Origin: an uncultured Candidatus Binatia bacterium
Lineage (GTDB): Bacteria > Desulfobacterota > Binatia > UBA9968 > JAJDTQ01
Direction: 5' to 3'
Length of the DNA: 64,000 nt
Assembly: GCA_965215605.1 (NCBI GenBank)
Contig: OZ244070.1
Location: forward strand, 1,728,001-1,792,000
Part shown: positions 53,974 through 63,160 of the stretch, in pieces
Position numbering within the stretch: position 1 is the stretch's first letter
Layout of the letters: every line of letters starts with the position of its first letter
Program-made: the position numbers and the translations under genes
Notes under the pieces: model-generated
Seen by the model: only the letters and a program-made list of their open reading frames with translations
What the model was told of the DNA's origin: nothing
Database searches by the model: none

Positions 53974-54219
53974 TCATCCTCCGCTCACCGGCGGTATGAA
54001 GGCCACCTCGTCGCCGTCCGCCAGGCGGTGTTCCAACCCGACGTATTCACTGTTGACCGCGTACAGCAGCTTCATCTCGACGCCGGCGAGTCCGGCGTGC
54101 TCACGCCGGAGCTTGTCCCAAAGTTCCCGGACTGTGGTCCCGTCCGGCACATCCCGCAGCCCGTCTCCCGTCCCCGCACGTTCCCGGAGCATGGCGAAAA
54201 GCTTGAATCTTACCTTCAT
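53974..54219 (-). CDS. moaD: Molybdopterin synthase sulfur carrier subunit
   Basis: LFAMLRE, AVNSEY, DGDEVAFIPPVSGG. Confidence 0.95.
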   Translation of the reverse strand: MKVRFKLFAMLRERAGTGDGLRDVPDGTTVRELWDKLRREHAGLAGVEMKLLYAVNSEYVGLEHRLADGDEVAFIPPVSGG

Positions 54220-54722
54220 AGTCCGCGCGCCTGTGCCACCATGTGGCCCAACTGCGGCAGCAACAGGGAGGTCATGGCCAGCTTCACCGCTCCGCTCGAG
54301 CCAGGCAGAGAAACCACCACGCGGGATCCGGCCGTGCCGGCCAAGGCGCGGCTCAGCATCGCCGCGGAGCCGATTTCCTGGTAGCTGAGGAAGCGGAACA
54401 GCTCGCCGAAACCGTCGATGCGCTTGTCCAGAACGCTGCTTACGACCTCATAGGTACCGTCCCGGGGGGCAATGCCGGTGCCGCCGTTTAGAATCACCAC
54501 ATCCACCCCCGCGACGGCCAGGGCCTCGGCGATGAGCTTCCGGATATCGCCGGGCTCATCCTTGACGATCTCGTAGCCCGCGACCGCGTGCCCCTGCTCT
54601 TCCAGCAACGCCTTGATGGCGCCGCCGCTGCGGTCCGTGGTCTCATCGCGGGTGTCGCTGACCGTGATCACGAAACACACGACGGCCTTGAGGCTTCTCT
54701 CGGTGTGCGATTTCTCTGCCAT
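54216..54722 (-). CDS. moaB: Molybdenum cofactor biosynthesis protein MoaB/MogA family
   Basis: ITVSDTR..TDRSG, GGTG..PRD.T, GFGELFR, AMLSRA, SLPGS. Confidence 0.92.
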   Translation of the reverse strand: MAEKSHTERSLKAVVCFVITVSDTRDETTDRSGGAIKALLEEQGHAVAGYEIVKDEPGDIRKLIAEALAVAGVDVVILNGGTGIAPRDGTYEVVSSVLDKRIDGFGELFRFLSYQEIGSAAMLSRALAGTAGSRVVVSLPGSSGAVKLAMTSLLLPQLGHMVAQARGL

Positions 54723-54782
54723 GAAGAACCTGGCCGGCGTGGGTTCTGTGGTTGGTTCGTGCCGTCCCTACGGCGCAAGCTC

Positions 54783-55889
54783 CTAGATCCTCATGGGCAT
54801 GACCACGTAGACCAGGGTGTCGTCATCTTTTCGCTTCAACAGCGTCGGGCTCTGTTCGTCCTTCAGAGCCAGGGCCACCTGGTCCTCGTTGTCCAGCACC
54901 CCCAGGATATCGAGCAGATACTGTGCGTTGTAGCCCACGGCGAGGTGCCCGCCATTGTAGTCGACGTCCAGTTCCTCCGCCGCTTCGCCCAAATCCGGAT
55001 TGTTGGCGGAGATGGCCATGTTTCCGCTATTGAACTCGACTCGCACGCCCCGGAACCGGTCGCTCGACAGCAACGACACACGCCGTAAAGCCCTGAAAAG
55101 ACTGTGTTGTGCTACACTGACCTCACTGTTGTTGTCGCTCGGGATCACCTTGTCGTAGTCGGGGAACTCACCGTCGATGAGCCGGATGGACACCTCCACG
55201 TCCCCCTTCCACACGAACACCATGTTGTCCGCGAAGCCGATGGACACCTGCTCCTCGCCGCTATCCTCCAAGAGCCTTCGAAGCTCGGCAAGGCCCTTGC
55301 GCGGTATGATCACGCCCCGGTCCACTCCCAGCGGCCCGATCTCCCGCTCCACCAGCGACAGCCGGTGTCCATCGGTGGTGACCATCCGCACTTTCCCCTG
55401 ATCCAATTCATGAAGCAGCGCGCCGTTCAGGTTGGATCGGGTCTCGTCGGTCGAAATGGAGAAGATGGTCTTGTCGATCATCTCCTTGAGCACGCCGCCG
55501 GGACACTCTTTCCTGGTTTCCTCCGAGCCCTTCGCAAAGGCCGGAAACTCCTGGGCATCCAACCCCACCATCTTGAACACGGACTTGCCGCTCCGTATCT
55601 CCACCCGGTCGTTGTCCAGGCGCTTCAACTCCACCATTTCCTCCGACAGTTCCCGGACGATCTCGTAGAGCTTTCTGGCGTCCACCGTCACGCGACCGGC
55701 GGTGACGATCTCTCCGTTGAGGCTGGCACGCATGCCGACCTCAAGATCGGTGGCGGTCAACCGGACCCGGTTTGCATGAGTCTCAACCAACACATTGGCG
55801 AGTATCGGCATGGTATTACGCCGCTCCACCGTGCTTTGAGTCCAATACAAAGCGTTCAGAAAGTCTTCACGCCTAGCTCTTATCTCCAT
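54783..55889 (-). CDS. dnaN: DNA polymerase III beta sliding clamp
   Basis: MPILANVL, ATDLE, TDGHRL, RLIDGEFPDY, VVMPMRI. Confidence 0.98.
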   Translation of the reverse strand: MEIRARREDFLNALYWTQSTVERRNTMPILANVLVETHANRVRLTATDLEVGMRASLNGEIVTAGRVTVDARKLYEIVRELSEEMVELKRLDNDRVEIRSGKSVFKMVGLDAQEFPAFAKGSEETRKECPGGVLKEMIDKTIFSISTDETRSNLNGALLHELDQGKVRMVTTDGHRLSLVEREIGPLGVDRGVIIPRKGLAELRRLLEDSGEEQVSIGFADNMVFVWKGDVEVSIRLIDGEFPDYDKVIPSDNNSEVSVAQHSLFRALRRVSLLSSDRFRGVRVEFNSGNMAISANNPDLGEAAEELDVDYNGGHLAVGYNAQYLLDILGVLDNEDQVALALKDEQSPTLLKRKDDDTLVYVVMPMRI

Positions 55890-56163
55890 TTGTCCTCCTG
55901 GATCACGCGTCCTTACTGTATCTTATTTGGATTTATAGAACCAAGAGTAGTAGTAGGGCCTGTGGATATCGGGATATATGACCGAACCCGCGGGTATTGA
56001 ACCATCTTTTCGGTGGGAAAAAAAACGCGGTAATACGCGCTTTCCACATCACCGCGGTTGGGAGGCGGCAGGGCCTCCGGTTTCTCAACAGGGTCCACCG
56101 GCCTGTCCACAGCGTTTCCACGAGAGGCCGGCCTCGGAGGGCCGTTGCGGTCGCTACCAGCCA
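55890..56163. other. Probable chromosomal origin (oriC) with unwinding element
   Basis: dnaA-dnaN intergenic; AT-rich tract, TAG x3 (55948-55956), GGCC, DnaA box TGTGGATAT (55961-55969); further boxes tttccaca (56041) and tgtccaca (56104). Confidence 0.85.
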
Positions 56164-57477
56164 CTAGTTCTTGATCTGGCGTACCAGTTGGTCCACCGTG
56201 GCCTTGATAATGGGGTCGTCCTCGGCCTTTCTGGCGATGGTCTTTGATGCGTGAATGACCGTGGAGTGGTCTCTTCCGCCGAACTCGGCGCCGATGGCGG
56301 GATAAGAGGTGGCGGTGAACTTGCGGCACAGATACATGGCCATCTGACGGGCCAGGGCCAGGTTCTTGGTGCGCCGTTTGGACTTGAGGTCACTGATTTT
56401 GAGGTCGAAATGGTCGCAAATGGCCTTCTGGATGTTTCGGACGGTGACCTGCTTCTCGTTGTCCTTCAGGGTGTGGCGCAACACCTCCTTGGCCAGGTCG
56501 GTGGTGATGTCCACGTTGGTCAGCGAGGCGAAGGCCCCGAGGCGGGTAAGCGAGCCCTCCAACTCCCGAACATTGGACCAGATGTTGGTTGCTAGGAAGT
56601 TGGCCACCTCCTGCGGCAGGCCGATTCCCTCGTTCTCGGCTTTCTTGATGAGTATGGCGATACGGGTCTCGATATCCGGAGGCTGGATGTCGGCGGTAAG
56701 GCCCCACTCGAAGCGGTTTCGCAGCCGATCCTCCAGATTGGGTATTTCCTTGGGGAAACGGTCCGAGGTGATGATGATCTGCTTGTGGTTCTCGTACAGC
56801 GAGTTGAAGGTGTGAAAGAACTCTTCCTGGGTCCGTTCCTTGCCGGCGATGAACTGGATGTCGTCGAGGATAAGGACGTCGATGTTGCGGAAATGGTTCT
56901 TGAACTCGTTCATCCGGTCACGGCGAAGGGAGCCGATGAGCTGGTTCATGAACGATTCGAATGTGATGTAGACAACCTTCTGACCGGGATTGCGGCGCAG
57001 CAGCCGGTGCCCGACGGCGTTGACGAGATGGGTCTTTCCGAGGCCGACGCCGCCGTAGATGAACAGCGGATTGTAGTTGTCCGCGGGCTTGTTGGCGACC
57101 GCGAGGCAGGCCGCGTGGGCGAACTGGTTGCTGGCGCCGACGACGAAGCTCTCGAAGGTGTAGCGCGGGATCAGCGTCGACGTCTCGGGTTCCGGCGCCT
57201 TTCGCGCCGGCGCCGGCCTTTCGGTCTCGACCGGGCGCTCCGTGGTGACGGAGAGCGCGATGCTCATGGGCTTGCCGTAGAGGTGTGAGAACTCCGAGGC
57301 GATGGCCTCTACGTAGTTGTCCTTGAGCCAGTCACGAAAGAGCGTGCTGGGCACTTCGACGGCGACTTCATCGTCGGTGATCCCGGCGAGCCGTAGCGGT
57401 TTGATCCAGGAATCGAAATTGTGTAAGCCGAGCCGTTCCTTGAGGCTTTCCCTTATCTCGCGCGGGAGCGGTTTCAT
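56164..57477 (-). CDS. dnaA: Chromosomal replication initiator DnaA
   Basis: YTFESFVVG, YNPLFIYGGVGLGKTHL, DDIQF, TQEEFFHTFN, GGRDHSTV. Confidence 0.99.
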   Translation of the reverse strand: MKPLPREIRESLKERLGLHNFDSWIKPLRLAGITDDEVAVEVPSTLFRDWLKDNYVEAIASEFSHLYGKPMSIALSVTTERPVETERPAPARKAPEPETSTLIPRYTFESFVVGASNQFAHAACLAVANKPADNYNPLFIYGGVGLGKTHLVNAVGHRLLRRNPGQKVVYITFESFMNQLIGSLRRDRMNEFKNHFRNIDVLILDDIQFIAGKERTQEEFFHTFNSLYENHKQIIITSDRFPKEIPNLEDRLRNRFEWGLTADIQPPDIETRIAILIKKAENEGIGLPQEVANFLATNIWSNVRELEGSLTRLGAFASLTNVDITTDLAKEVLRHTLKDNEKQVTVRNIQKAICDHFDLKISDLKSKRRTKNLALARQMAMYLCRKFTATSYPAIGAEFGGRDHSTVIHASKTIARKAEDDPIIKATVDQLVRQIKN

Positions 57478-57516
57478 TCTACCTCTGCCTTGTCCGAGTG
57501 CGTGCGGGCGCGTAAG

Positions 57517-57548
57517 TTATCAACAAAATTGTCAACAGATGTGGACAA
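57517..57548. promoter_or_regulatory. Cluster of three DnaA boxes upstream of dnaA
   Basis: TTATCAACA (57517), TTGTCAACA (57529), TGTGGACAA (57540). Confidence 0.75.
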
Positions 57549-57756
57549 ACGTTCTCTGGCCGAGGCCAGACTGATCCTGTCCTTTGCCGCCGCGAATCGG
57601 AATGGTGACGACAAGCTTGAGCGCATGTTGCGACTGAACCTTGATCAAAGAAAGGGGTGGTCTTAATGGTTTTTCGAGCACAATGCAAGAAGAAAAGTTC
57701 CCCGAAAAAATTCCGCAATGAAATCCGACAAATTCATGTCGGCGCCTTGACGCGAT

Positions 57757-59070
57757 GTGAAGGATTCGCCGATGGGTAGGGCTTTTCAGACGTCATCCGG
57801 GCTGTTCCATCGCTCGAAAAAGGTGGTGCCCGGAGGGGTCAACAGCCCGGTGCGGGCGTGGAACGCCGTCGGCGGCGAGCCTCTGTACATCGCCCGCGCC
57901 GACGGGTCGCGGGTCTTCGACGAGGACGGTCGCCGGTACATCGACTATGTCTGTGCGTGGGGTCCGCTGATTCTGGGCCACGCCCCAAGGGAGGTGCTGG
58001 ATGCCCTCGCCGACGCGGTGCCGCGGGGGACCGGATTCGGAGCGCCGACCAAGGGTGAACTGGAGCTGGCGGAGCTCGTCACCGCCCGGATGAAGGGCAT
58101 CGAGCAGTTGCGGCTGGTAAACTCGGGCACGGAGGCCACCATGAGCGCCATCCGGCTCTCCCGGGGGTACACGGGCCGGACGAAGGTGCTGAAGTTCGAC
58201 GGATGCTATCATGGGCACGTGGACGCCCTGCTGGCCAAGGCCGGCTCCGGGGTGGAAAGCTTTTCCCTTCCGGACAGTGCCGGGGTACCCGGGAGCTTCA
58301 CCGGCGAGACCCTGATAGGGGACTTCAACGACGTGGACTCCGCCCGCGGTCTCATCGCCGAGAACCGCGAGGAGCTGGCGGCCGTGATCGTGGAGCCGGT
58401 GTGCGGCAACATGGGCGTGATCCCGCCGGAGCCCGGGTTCCTGGAGGCGCTGCGGGAGTCGACCCGGCGTTACGGCGTCGTGCTGATCTTTGACGAGGTC
58501 ATTACGGGTTTCCGCGTGGCCCGGGGGGGCGCCCAGGAGCGCTACGACGTCACTCCGGACCTCACATGCCTGGGCAAGATCCTGGGCGGCGGCTTGCCGG
58601 TGGGGGCTTTCGGCGGCGGCCGCGATATCATGAGTTGCCTAGCGCCGGTAGGCCCCGTCTACCAGGCCGGCACCCTCTCCGGAAACCCGGTCACGGTGGC
58701 GGCCGGCCTGGCCACCCTGAAGTCGTTGGAGGAGCCGGGCGTGTACCGCGAACTGGAGGAGAAGGGGAGGAAGCTCGAGGAAGGGCTGAAGGGGGTGCTT
58801 TCCTCCGGTATCGAAGGCACGGTCAACCGCGTGGGGTCGATGTTGACGCTGTTCTTCGGTGCCGAGCGGGTGGCGGCGCCGGACCACGCACGGGGCTGCG
58901 ACCGCGACCGCTTTTCCCGGTTCTTTCACGGCATGCTCGCGCGCGGCATCTACCTCCCGCCCTCGCCCTTCGAGTCGTTTTTCGTATCGCTGGCCCACGG
59001 CGACGACGACATCGCGGCGACGCTGGCGGCGTTCTCGGACTGGGCGGCCGAGGACTCGTCGCGGCGTTGA
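57757..59070 (+). CDS. hemL: Glutamate-1-semialdehyde 2,1-aminomutase
   Basis: PGGVNSPVRA, NSGTEATMSA, GCYHGH, FDEVITGFR, GKILGGG, YQAGTLSGNP. Confidence 0.97.
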   Translation: MKDSPMGRAFQTSSGLFHRSKKVVPGGVNSPVRAWNAVGGEPLYIARADGSRVFDEDGRRYIDYVCAWGPLILGHAPREVLDALADAVPRGTGFGAPTKGELELAELVTARMKGIEQLRLVNSGTEATMSAIRLSRGYTGRTKVLKFDGCYHGHVDALLAKAGSGVESFSLPDSAGVPGSFTGETLIGDFNDVDSARGLIAENREELAAVIVEPVCGNMGVIPPEPGFLEALRESTRRYGVVLIFDEVITGFRVARGGAQERYDVTPDLTCLGKILGGGLPVGAFGGGRDIMSCLAPVGPVYQAGTLSGNPVTVAAGLATLKSLEEPGVYRELEEKGRKLEEGLKGVLSSGIEGTVNRVGSMLTLFFGAERVAAPDHARGCDRDRFSRFFHGMLARGIYLPPSPFESFFVSLAHGDDDIAATLAAFSDWAAEDSSRR

Positions 59071-59105
59071 CCGGCCGCGGCCCGCGTGTTAGAAAATCCC
59101 TTCCA

Positions 59106-59357
59106 GTGAGCAACGAACCCGAGGGTGGAGACGGATCGTCCCCGAAGAGCCCCTTTCTCTTTCGTGCGGCAAAGTACACGGCGGTCGGCTTTGAGTTCCC
59201 CACAACGGTCGGAGCCGGCCTGGTCCTGGGTTACTACGCGGACCAGTACTTGGGCACCTCGCCGTGGATGGTGCTGGTGATGGGGCTTCTGGGGTTGGCG
59301 GCGGCCTTTTACCGGTTGGTGCTGCTGTTGCGTCACTTCTCGGCGGAGCGGAAATGA
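59106..59357 (+). CDS. AtpZ/AtpI-family (gene 1) ATP synthase accessory protein
   Basis: GTG start; VGAGLVLGYYADQYLGTSPWMVLVMGLLG; heads the F0 operon. Confidence 0.85.
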   Translation: MSNEPEGGDGSSPKSPFLFRAAKYTAVGFEFPTTVGAGLVLGYYADQYLGTSPWMVLVMGLLGLAAAFYRLVLLLRHFSAERK

Positions 59358-59728
59358 GTTGGGAAGCTCAGGGCCTGCCGGTGTTTCGGGTGGAGCTCTG
59401 GCACGGGCTCCTGGTGCTGGCGTGCATGGCGCTGGTGCCGCTGGAGTGGGTGGAGCCGGGCGGGCTGCTGCTGGGCGGCCTGTTCATGGGCGTCAACTTC
59501 CTGCTCCTGGCGGTGGGTATCCGCTGGGTCATTACCCCGTTCGCGAGCAAGGGAAGGGTCCGGGCAGGGATCGCGTTGCTGATCCTGAAGTTCTGCTTCC
59601 TCCTCGGCGCCTCCTGGGTCCTGTTGACCCGCATCGCTCCGGACGCGGTGTCGTTCGCCTTGGGGGTTAACTGCCTGATCCTGGCGATCTTGTGGGATCG
59701 GCTCTACGATACGAAGTTGAGCAAGTAA
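59354..59728 (+). CDS. atpI: ATP synthase protein I
   Basis: Four-TM protein with GLLLGGLFMGVNF; ATG 59354 overlaps the previous stop; precedes atpB. Confidence 0.8.
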   Translation: MSWEAQGLPVFRVELWHGLLVLACMALVPLEWVEPGGLLLGGLFMGVNFLLLAVGIRWVITPFASKGRVRAGIALLILKFCFLLGASWVLLTRIAPDAVSFALGVNCLILAILWDRLYDTKLSK

Positions 59729-59729
59729 G

Positions 59730-60431
59730 ATGGGACATCATCCATTTACCTGGTACGACCTGTTGCCCGCCGCGTTGCAGGGCGTGTTGCCCCTGCAGAT
59801 CTTCTTCTCGGTGGTGAGCATGGTGCTGCTGGTCTTTCTCGCGCTGGGCGTGCGGCGCCGGCTGCTGGACACCCACAACGCGGTGATCCCCAGCGACCGC
59901 ATCACGCTGGTTAACGTCTTCGAGTTGCTGATCGAGTTCGTGATGAGCCTCAGCGACAGCATCATCGGCCACAAGGGCCGGCAATACCTTTCCCTCTACG
60001 GCACCTTTTTCATCTTCATCCTGCTCTCCAATTTCATCGGCTTGGTGCCGGGGTTCTCGCCGCCTACGAGCAATCTCAACGTCACCCTGGGCCTGGGGCT
60101 GATCTCCTTCGGCGCCTATCACTACTTCGGCGTCCGGGAGCACGGCGGCGGCTACCTCAAGCAGTTCATGGGCCCGTTCCTGGTGATCGCGCCGCTGTTC
60201 TTCCTGATCGAGATGTTCTCCCACATGTTCCGGCCGCTCACGTTGGGCCTCCGGCTGGCTTTCAACATGTTCGCCGATCACTTGGTCGTGGAGATCTTCA
60301 CCGGCCTCACCTACGTGGTGATTCCGGTGCTGTTCTACCTGTTGGGGGCCTTGGTCTCGGTTATCCAGGCCTTCGTTTTCACCCTCTTGAGCATGATCTA
60401 TGCATCCCTGGCGTTGAGCCACGATCATTGA
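59730..60431 (+). CDS. atpB: ATP synthase F0 subunit a
   Basis: NFIGLVPG..PPT.N, RPLTLGLRLAFNM, IQAFVFTLL. Confidence 0.96.
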   Translation: MGHHPFTWYDLLPAALQGVLPLQIFFSVVSMVLLVFLALGVRRRLLDTHNAVIPSDRITLVNVFELLIEFVMSLSDSIIGHKGRQYLSLYGTFFIFILLSNFIGLVPGFSPPTSNLNVTLGLGLISFGAYHYFGVREHGGGYLKQFMGPFLVIAPLFFLIEMFSHMFRPLTLGLRLAFNMFADHLVVEIFTGLTYVVIPVLFYLLGALVSVIQAFVFTLLSMIYASLALSHDH

Positions 60432-60508
60432 GCGCTACGGCGGCATGCGGGGAGGATGATGAGGAGAGGTTGGCCGATTTGTCCGTAGCGCCGGAAAGGA
60501 GAAAAAAG

Positions 60509-60832
60509 ATGAAGCAACTGACAACCTTCGTACTGGCGGGACTCTTCCTGCTGATCCTGTCGGGTGTTGCCGCCGCGGCGGACGCCGCCGGCAGTTCGCC
60601 CAACATGGTTACGGGTATCATCGCGTTGGGCGCTGGGCTGGGCATCGCCATTGCGGCTTTCGGCTGCGCGCTCGCGCAGGGCCGGGTCGGCGGCGCCGCC
60701 ATGGAAAGCATCGGCCGCAACCCCAACTCCGCCGACAAGATCTTCACTCCGTTGATCCTGTCCCTGGCCCTCATCGAAGCGCTGGGCATCTACGCCCTGA
60801 TTATCGCTTTCATCCTCGCGGGCAAGGTTTAA
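60509..60832 (+). CDS. atpE: ATP synthase F0 subunit c with N-terminal extension
   Basis: GAGLGIAIAAFG, GRNP loop, LALIEALGIY; RBS aaggag before ATG 60509. Confidence 0.95.
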   Translation: MKQLTTFVLAGLFLLILSGVAAAADAAGSSPNMVTGIIALGAGLGIAIAAFGCALAQGRVGGAAMESIGRNPNSADKIFTPLILSLALIEALGIYALIIAFILAGKV

Positions 60833-60872
60833 GGCAAGTCCGCGCCGCTGGCTGAGCGGCGCGAAAAACTCG

Positions 60873-60911
60873 AAAAGGCAGGGGCTGCCGGCGGCGGTCC
60901 CTGCCTTTTTT
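60873..60911. terminator. Intrinsic, probably bidirectional, terminator
   Basis: aaaaggcagggg...ccctgcctttttt between convergent atpE and the deaminase gene. Confidence 0.8.
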
Positions 60912-60926
60912 CACGCCGGGGCACCC

Positions 60927-61391
60927 TCAGGGCATGCCCACCGCGTGCAGCCGGACGCCCGTGTGCTCGAGGATATCCGCGACGGTGTCGAGCTTGTAGG
61001 GCTTCTCGTAGAAGATGTCTCCGATGCCGGTGTTCACCAGCACCTTGAGACAGTGGATGCACGGGGTGTGGGTGATGTAGATGGAGGCGTCCTTGATGCT
61101 GGCGCCGTTCTTGGCGGCCTGGGCGATGGCGTTGATCTCCGCGTGAATGGTGCGAAAGCAGTTCTGCTCGATCTCCCCGTCCGGGTTCTTGGACTCGTAC
61201 ACCAGACAGCCCGCCTCCGTGCAATGGGGCATGCCCGCGGGTGAGCCGTTGTAGCCCGTGGCGAGGATGCTCCGGTCCCTGACGATCACGGCGCCGACCT
61301 TGGCGCGGGTGCAAGTGGACCGTTCCGCCACCTGCCGCGTGATGGTCATGAAGTACTGGTCCCAGCTCAACCGCTCGTCTTCAGTGCTCAT
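60927..61391 (-). CDS. dCMP deaminase family protein (ComEB-like)
   Basis: [38 protein letters not shown]. Confidence 0.92.
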   Translation of the reverse strand: MSTEDERLSWDQYFMTITRQVAERSTCTRAKVGAVIVRDRSILATGYNGSPAGMPHCTEAGCLVYESKNPDGEIEQNCFRTIHAEINAIAQAAKNGASIKDASIYITHTPCIHCLKVLVNTGIGDIFYEKPYKLDTVADILEHTGVRLHAVGMP

Positions 61392-61560
61392 AAGGTTTTC
61401 AGGTTCGTGCTGTCTAATACCAGCGCCTGTTTTAAAAAGGACACTATACCATGAAGCCTCTTCGTGCCGCAGCACTCGTCAAGCAGATCCCGCTGTTCGA
61501 AGCCATGGAGCCCGGTCCGGATGGACGGCGCAATATCGCGGGAATTTGCGGCACAGGCCA

Positions 61561-62364
61561 CTAGCGGGTATTCCCGTCCAGCAGCACCGGCGCGCCCACA
61601 CCGGCGCCGAGTCCGGCCTCCGCGCTGCCGTCGCACCGGGAAATCTCCAGCAGACCCCAGCTATTGACGAGGGCGAGGTAGTTGCCGGTCCCCGCCGAGG
61701 CGTAGTTGGCGGACAGCCTGCGGATCACGCGGTCGCCGACCCGGACCGAGACGCCTCCCGGTTCGAACCCCTGCAGGTCCTCGCGGCGGATGTTGGTGGT
61801 CAGGTTGCCGAAGCCGTCGACGTAGATCACCTCGCCCCTGATACGGTTGCCGCCCTGCTCTTCGGGGACCGGAATGTTCAATTCCTCGAAGGCCTCCACC
61901 GGCTCGCCGAGCTCTTCCGGCGGAACGCCCCTGGAGACGTGCGCGGCCGCGGGGGCGAAGATGTCCCGGCCGTGGAACGTGTTGCTGGGGGGCCGCAGGT
62001 GAAACTCGGGATTGGAGAGGTGGATGACGCGGGTCAACCGTTGCCGGCCGACCGCAAGGCTCAGCAGCCCGTTGTCCGGGCCCACGTAACAGGCGCGGTC
62101 GGTTTCGAGGAGAACCGGCCGCCGGTTGCCGCCGACCCCCGGATCCACCACCGCCACGTGGATCGTTCCCTCCGGAAAGAAGTCCACCGCCGCGGCCAGC
62201 GCCAGCGCGCCGCCGGTGACGTCCTGGGGCGCCACGCCGTGGGTCAGATCGATGATCGCGGCCGCCGGGTTGATGGCGGACACGACGCCCTTCATAATGC
62301 CGACGAAAGGGTCCCGGTAACCGAAGTCGGTGGTCAGGGTGACGATGCGAGCGGCAGGCGCCAT
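61561..62364 (-). CDS. SAM hydroxide adenosyltransferase (DUF62 family)
   Basis: TLTTDFG, VVDPGVG..RR, GPDNG, SNTFHGRDIFAPAAA, DGFGNL.TN. Confidence 0.9.
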   Translation of the reverse strand: MAPAARIVTLTTDFGYRDPFVGIMKGVVSAINPAAAIIDLTHGVAPQDVTGGALALAAAVDFFPEGTIHVAVVDPGVGGNRRPVLLETDRACYVGPDNGLLSLAVGRQRLTRVIHLSNPEFHLRPPSNTFHGRDIFAPAAAHVSRGVPPEELGEPVEAFEELNIPVPEEQGGNRIRGEVIYVDGFGNLTTNIRREDLQGFEPGGVSVRVGDRVIRRLSANYASAGTGNYLALVNSWGLLEISRCDGSAEAGLGAGVGAPVLLDGNTR

Positions 62365-62417
62365 AGGAGACAGGACCCTAACGGAATACACTCAGCGGGT
62401 AAAGACGGAGGACCCTC

Positions 62418-63104
62418 ATGATCGAGCTCTACACCAGCGCCACCCCCAACGGGCAGAAAATCCACATCATGCTGGAGGAGACCGGGCTCGCGTACCGGCT
62501 TCACTGGGTCGATCTCCGGAAGGGGGAGCAGTTCGACCCGGAGTTTCTCAAGATCAGCCCCAACAACAAGATCCCGGTCATCCTCGACCGCGACGGCCCC
62601 GGCGGTGAGCCCATGCCGGTGTTCGAATCCGGCGCCATCCTGATCTACTTGGCGGAGAAGACCGGGAAGTTCCTGCCCGCGGAAAGCCGCGCCCGCACCC
62701 GGGTGCTCGAATGGCTGATGTTCCAGGTGGGCGGGGTGGGCCCGATGCTCGGTCAGGCCCACCACTTCCGTGCCTGCGCGCGGGAGAAGATCCCCTACGC
62801 CATCGAGCGCTACACCAACGAGGGGGCGCGCATCTACCGGGTGCTGGACAAGCGACTTTCCGACAACGAGTACCTGGCCGGTGACTATTCCATCGCCGAC
62901 ATGGCGGTGTTCCCCTGGATCCGGCTGCACGAACGGCAGGGCCAGGACATGGCCGACCATCCCCATCTGACCCGTTGGTTCGACGCCATCGCCGCCCGCC
63001 GCGCCGTGGCCAAGGACATGGAAAAGACTCGCGACGTGGTGGGTACCATCAACGACGAGATGTGGGACAACCTCTGGGGAAAGAGGCAGTTCGGACGCCG
63101 GTAG
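62418..63104 (+). CDS. Glutathione S-transferase family protein (YfcG-like)
   Basis: TPNGQK, SPNNKIP, FESGAILIYLAEKTG, GPMLGQAHHF, YSIADMA. Confidence 0.93.
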   Translation: MIELYTSATPNGQKIHIMLEETGLAYRLHWVDLRKGEQFDPEFLKISPNNKIPVILDRDGPGGEPMPVFESGAILIYLAEKTGKFLPAESRARTRVLEWLMFQVGGVGPMLGQAHHFRACAREKIPYAIERYTNEGARIYRVLDKRLSDNEYLAGDYSIADMAVFPWIRLHERQGQDMADHPHLTRWFDAIAARRAVAKDMEKTRDVVGTINDEMWDNLWGKRQFGRR

Positions 63105-63160
63105 ACGCGGAGCGCAGATCCGGGGCCGTCAGGCCGGTCACGAGCCGGAGCGTCAGCCGG

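Noticed and set aside
61561-62364. SAM-dependent chlorinase or fluorinase
   Set aside because: TFHGRD with His plus the DPGVG..RR motif fits the hydroxide adenosyltransferase (DUF62) branch; no biosynthetic cluster nearby.
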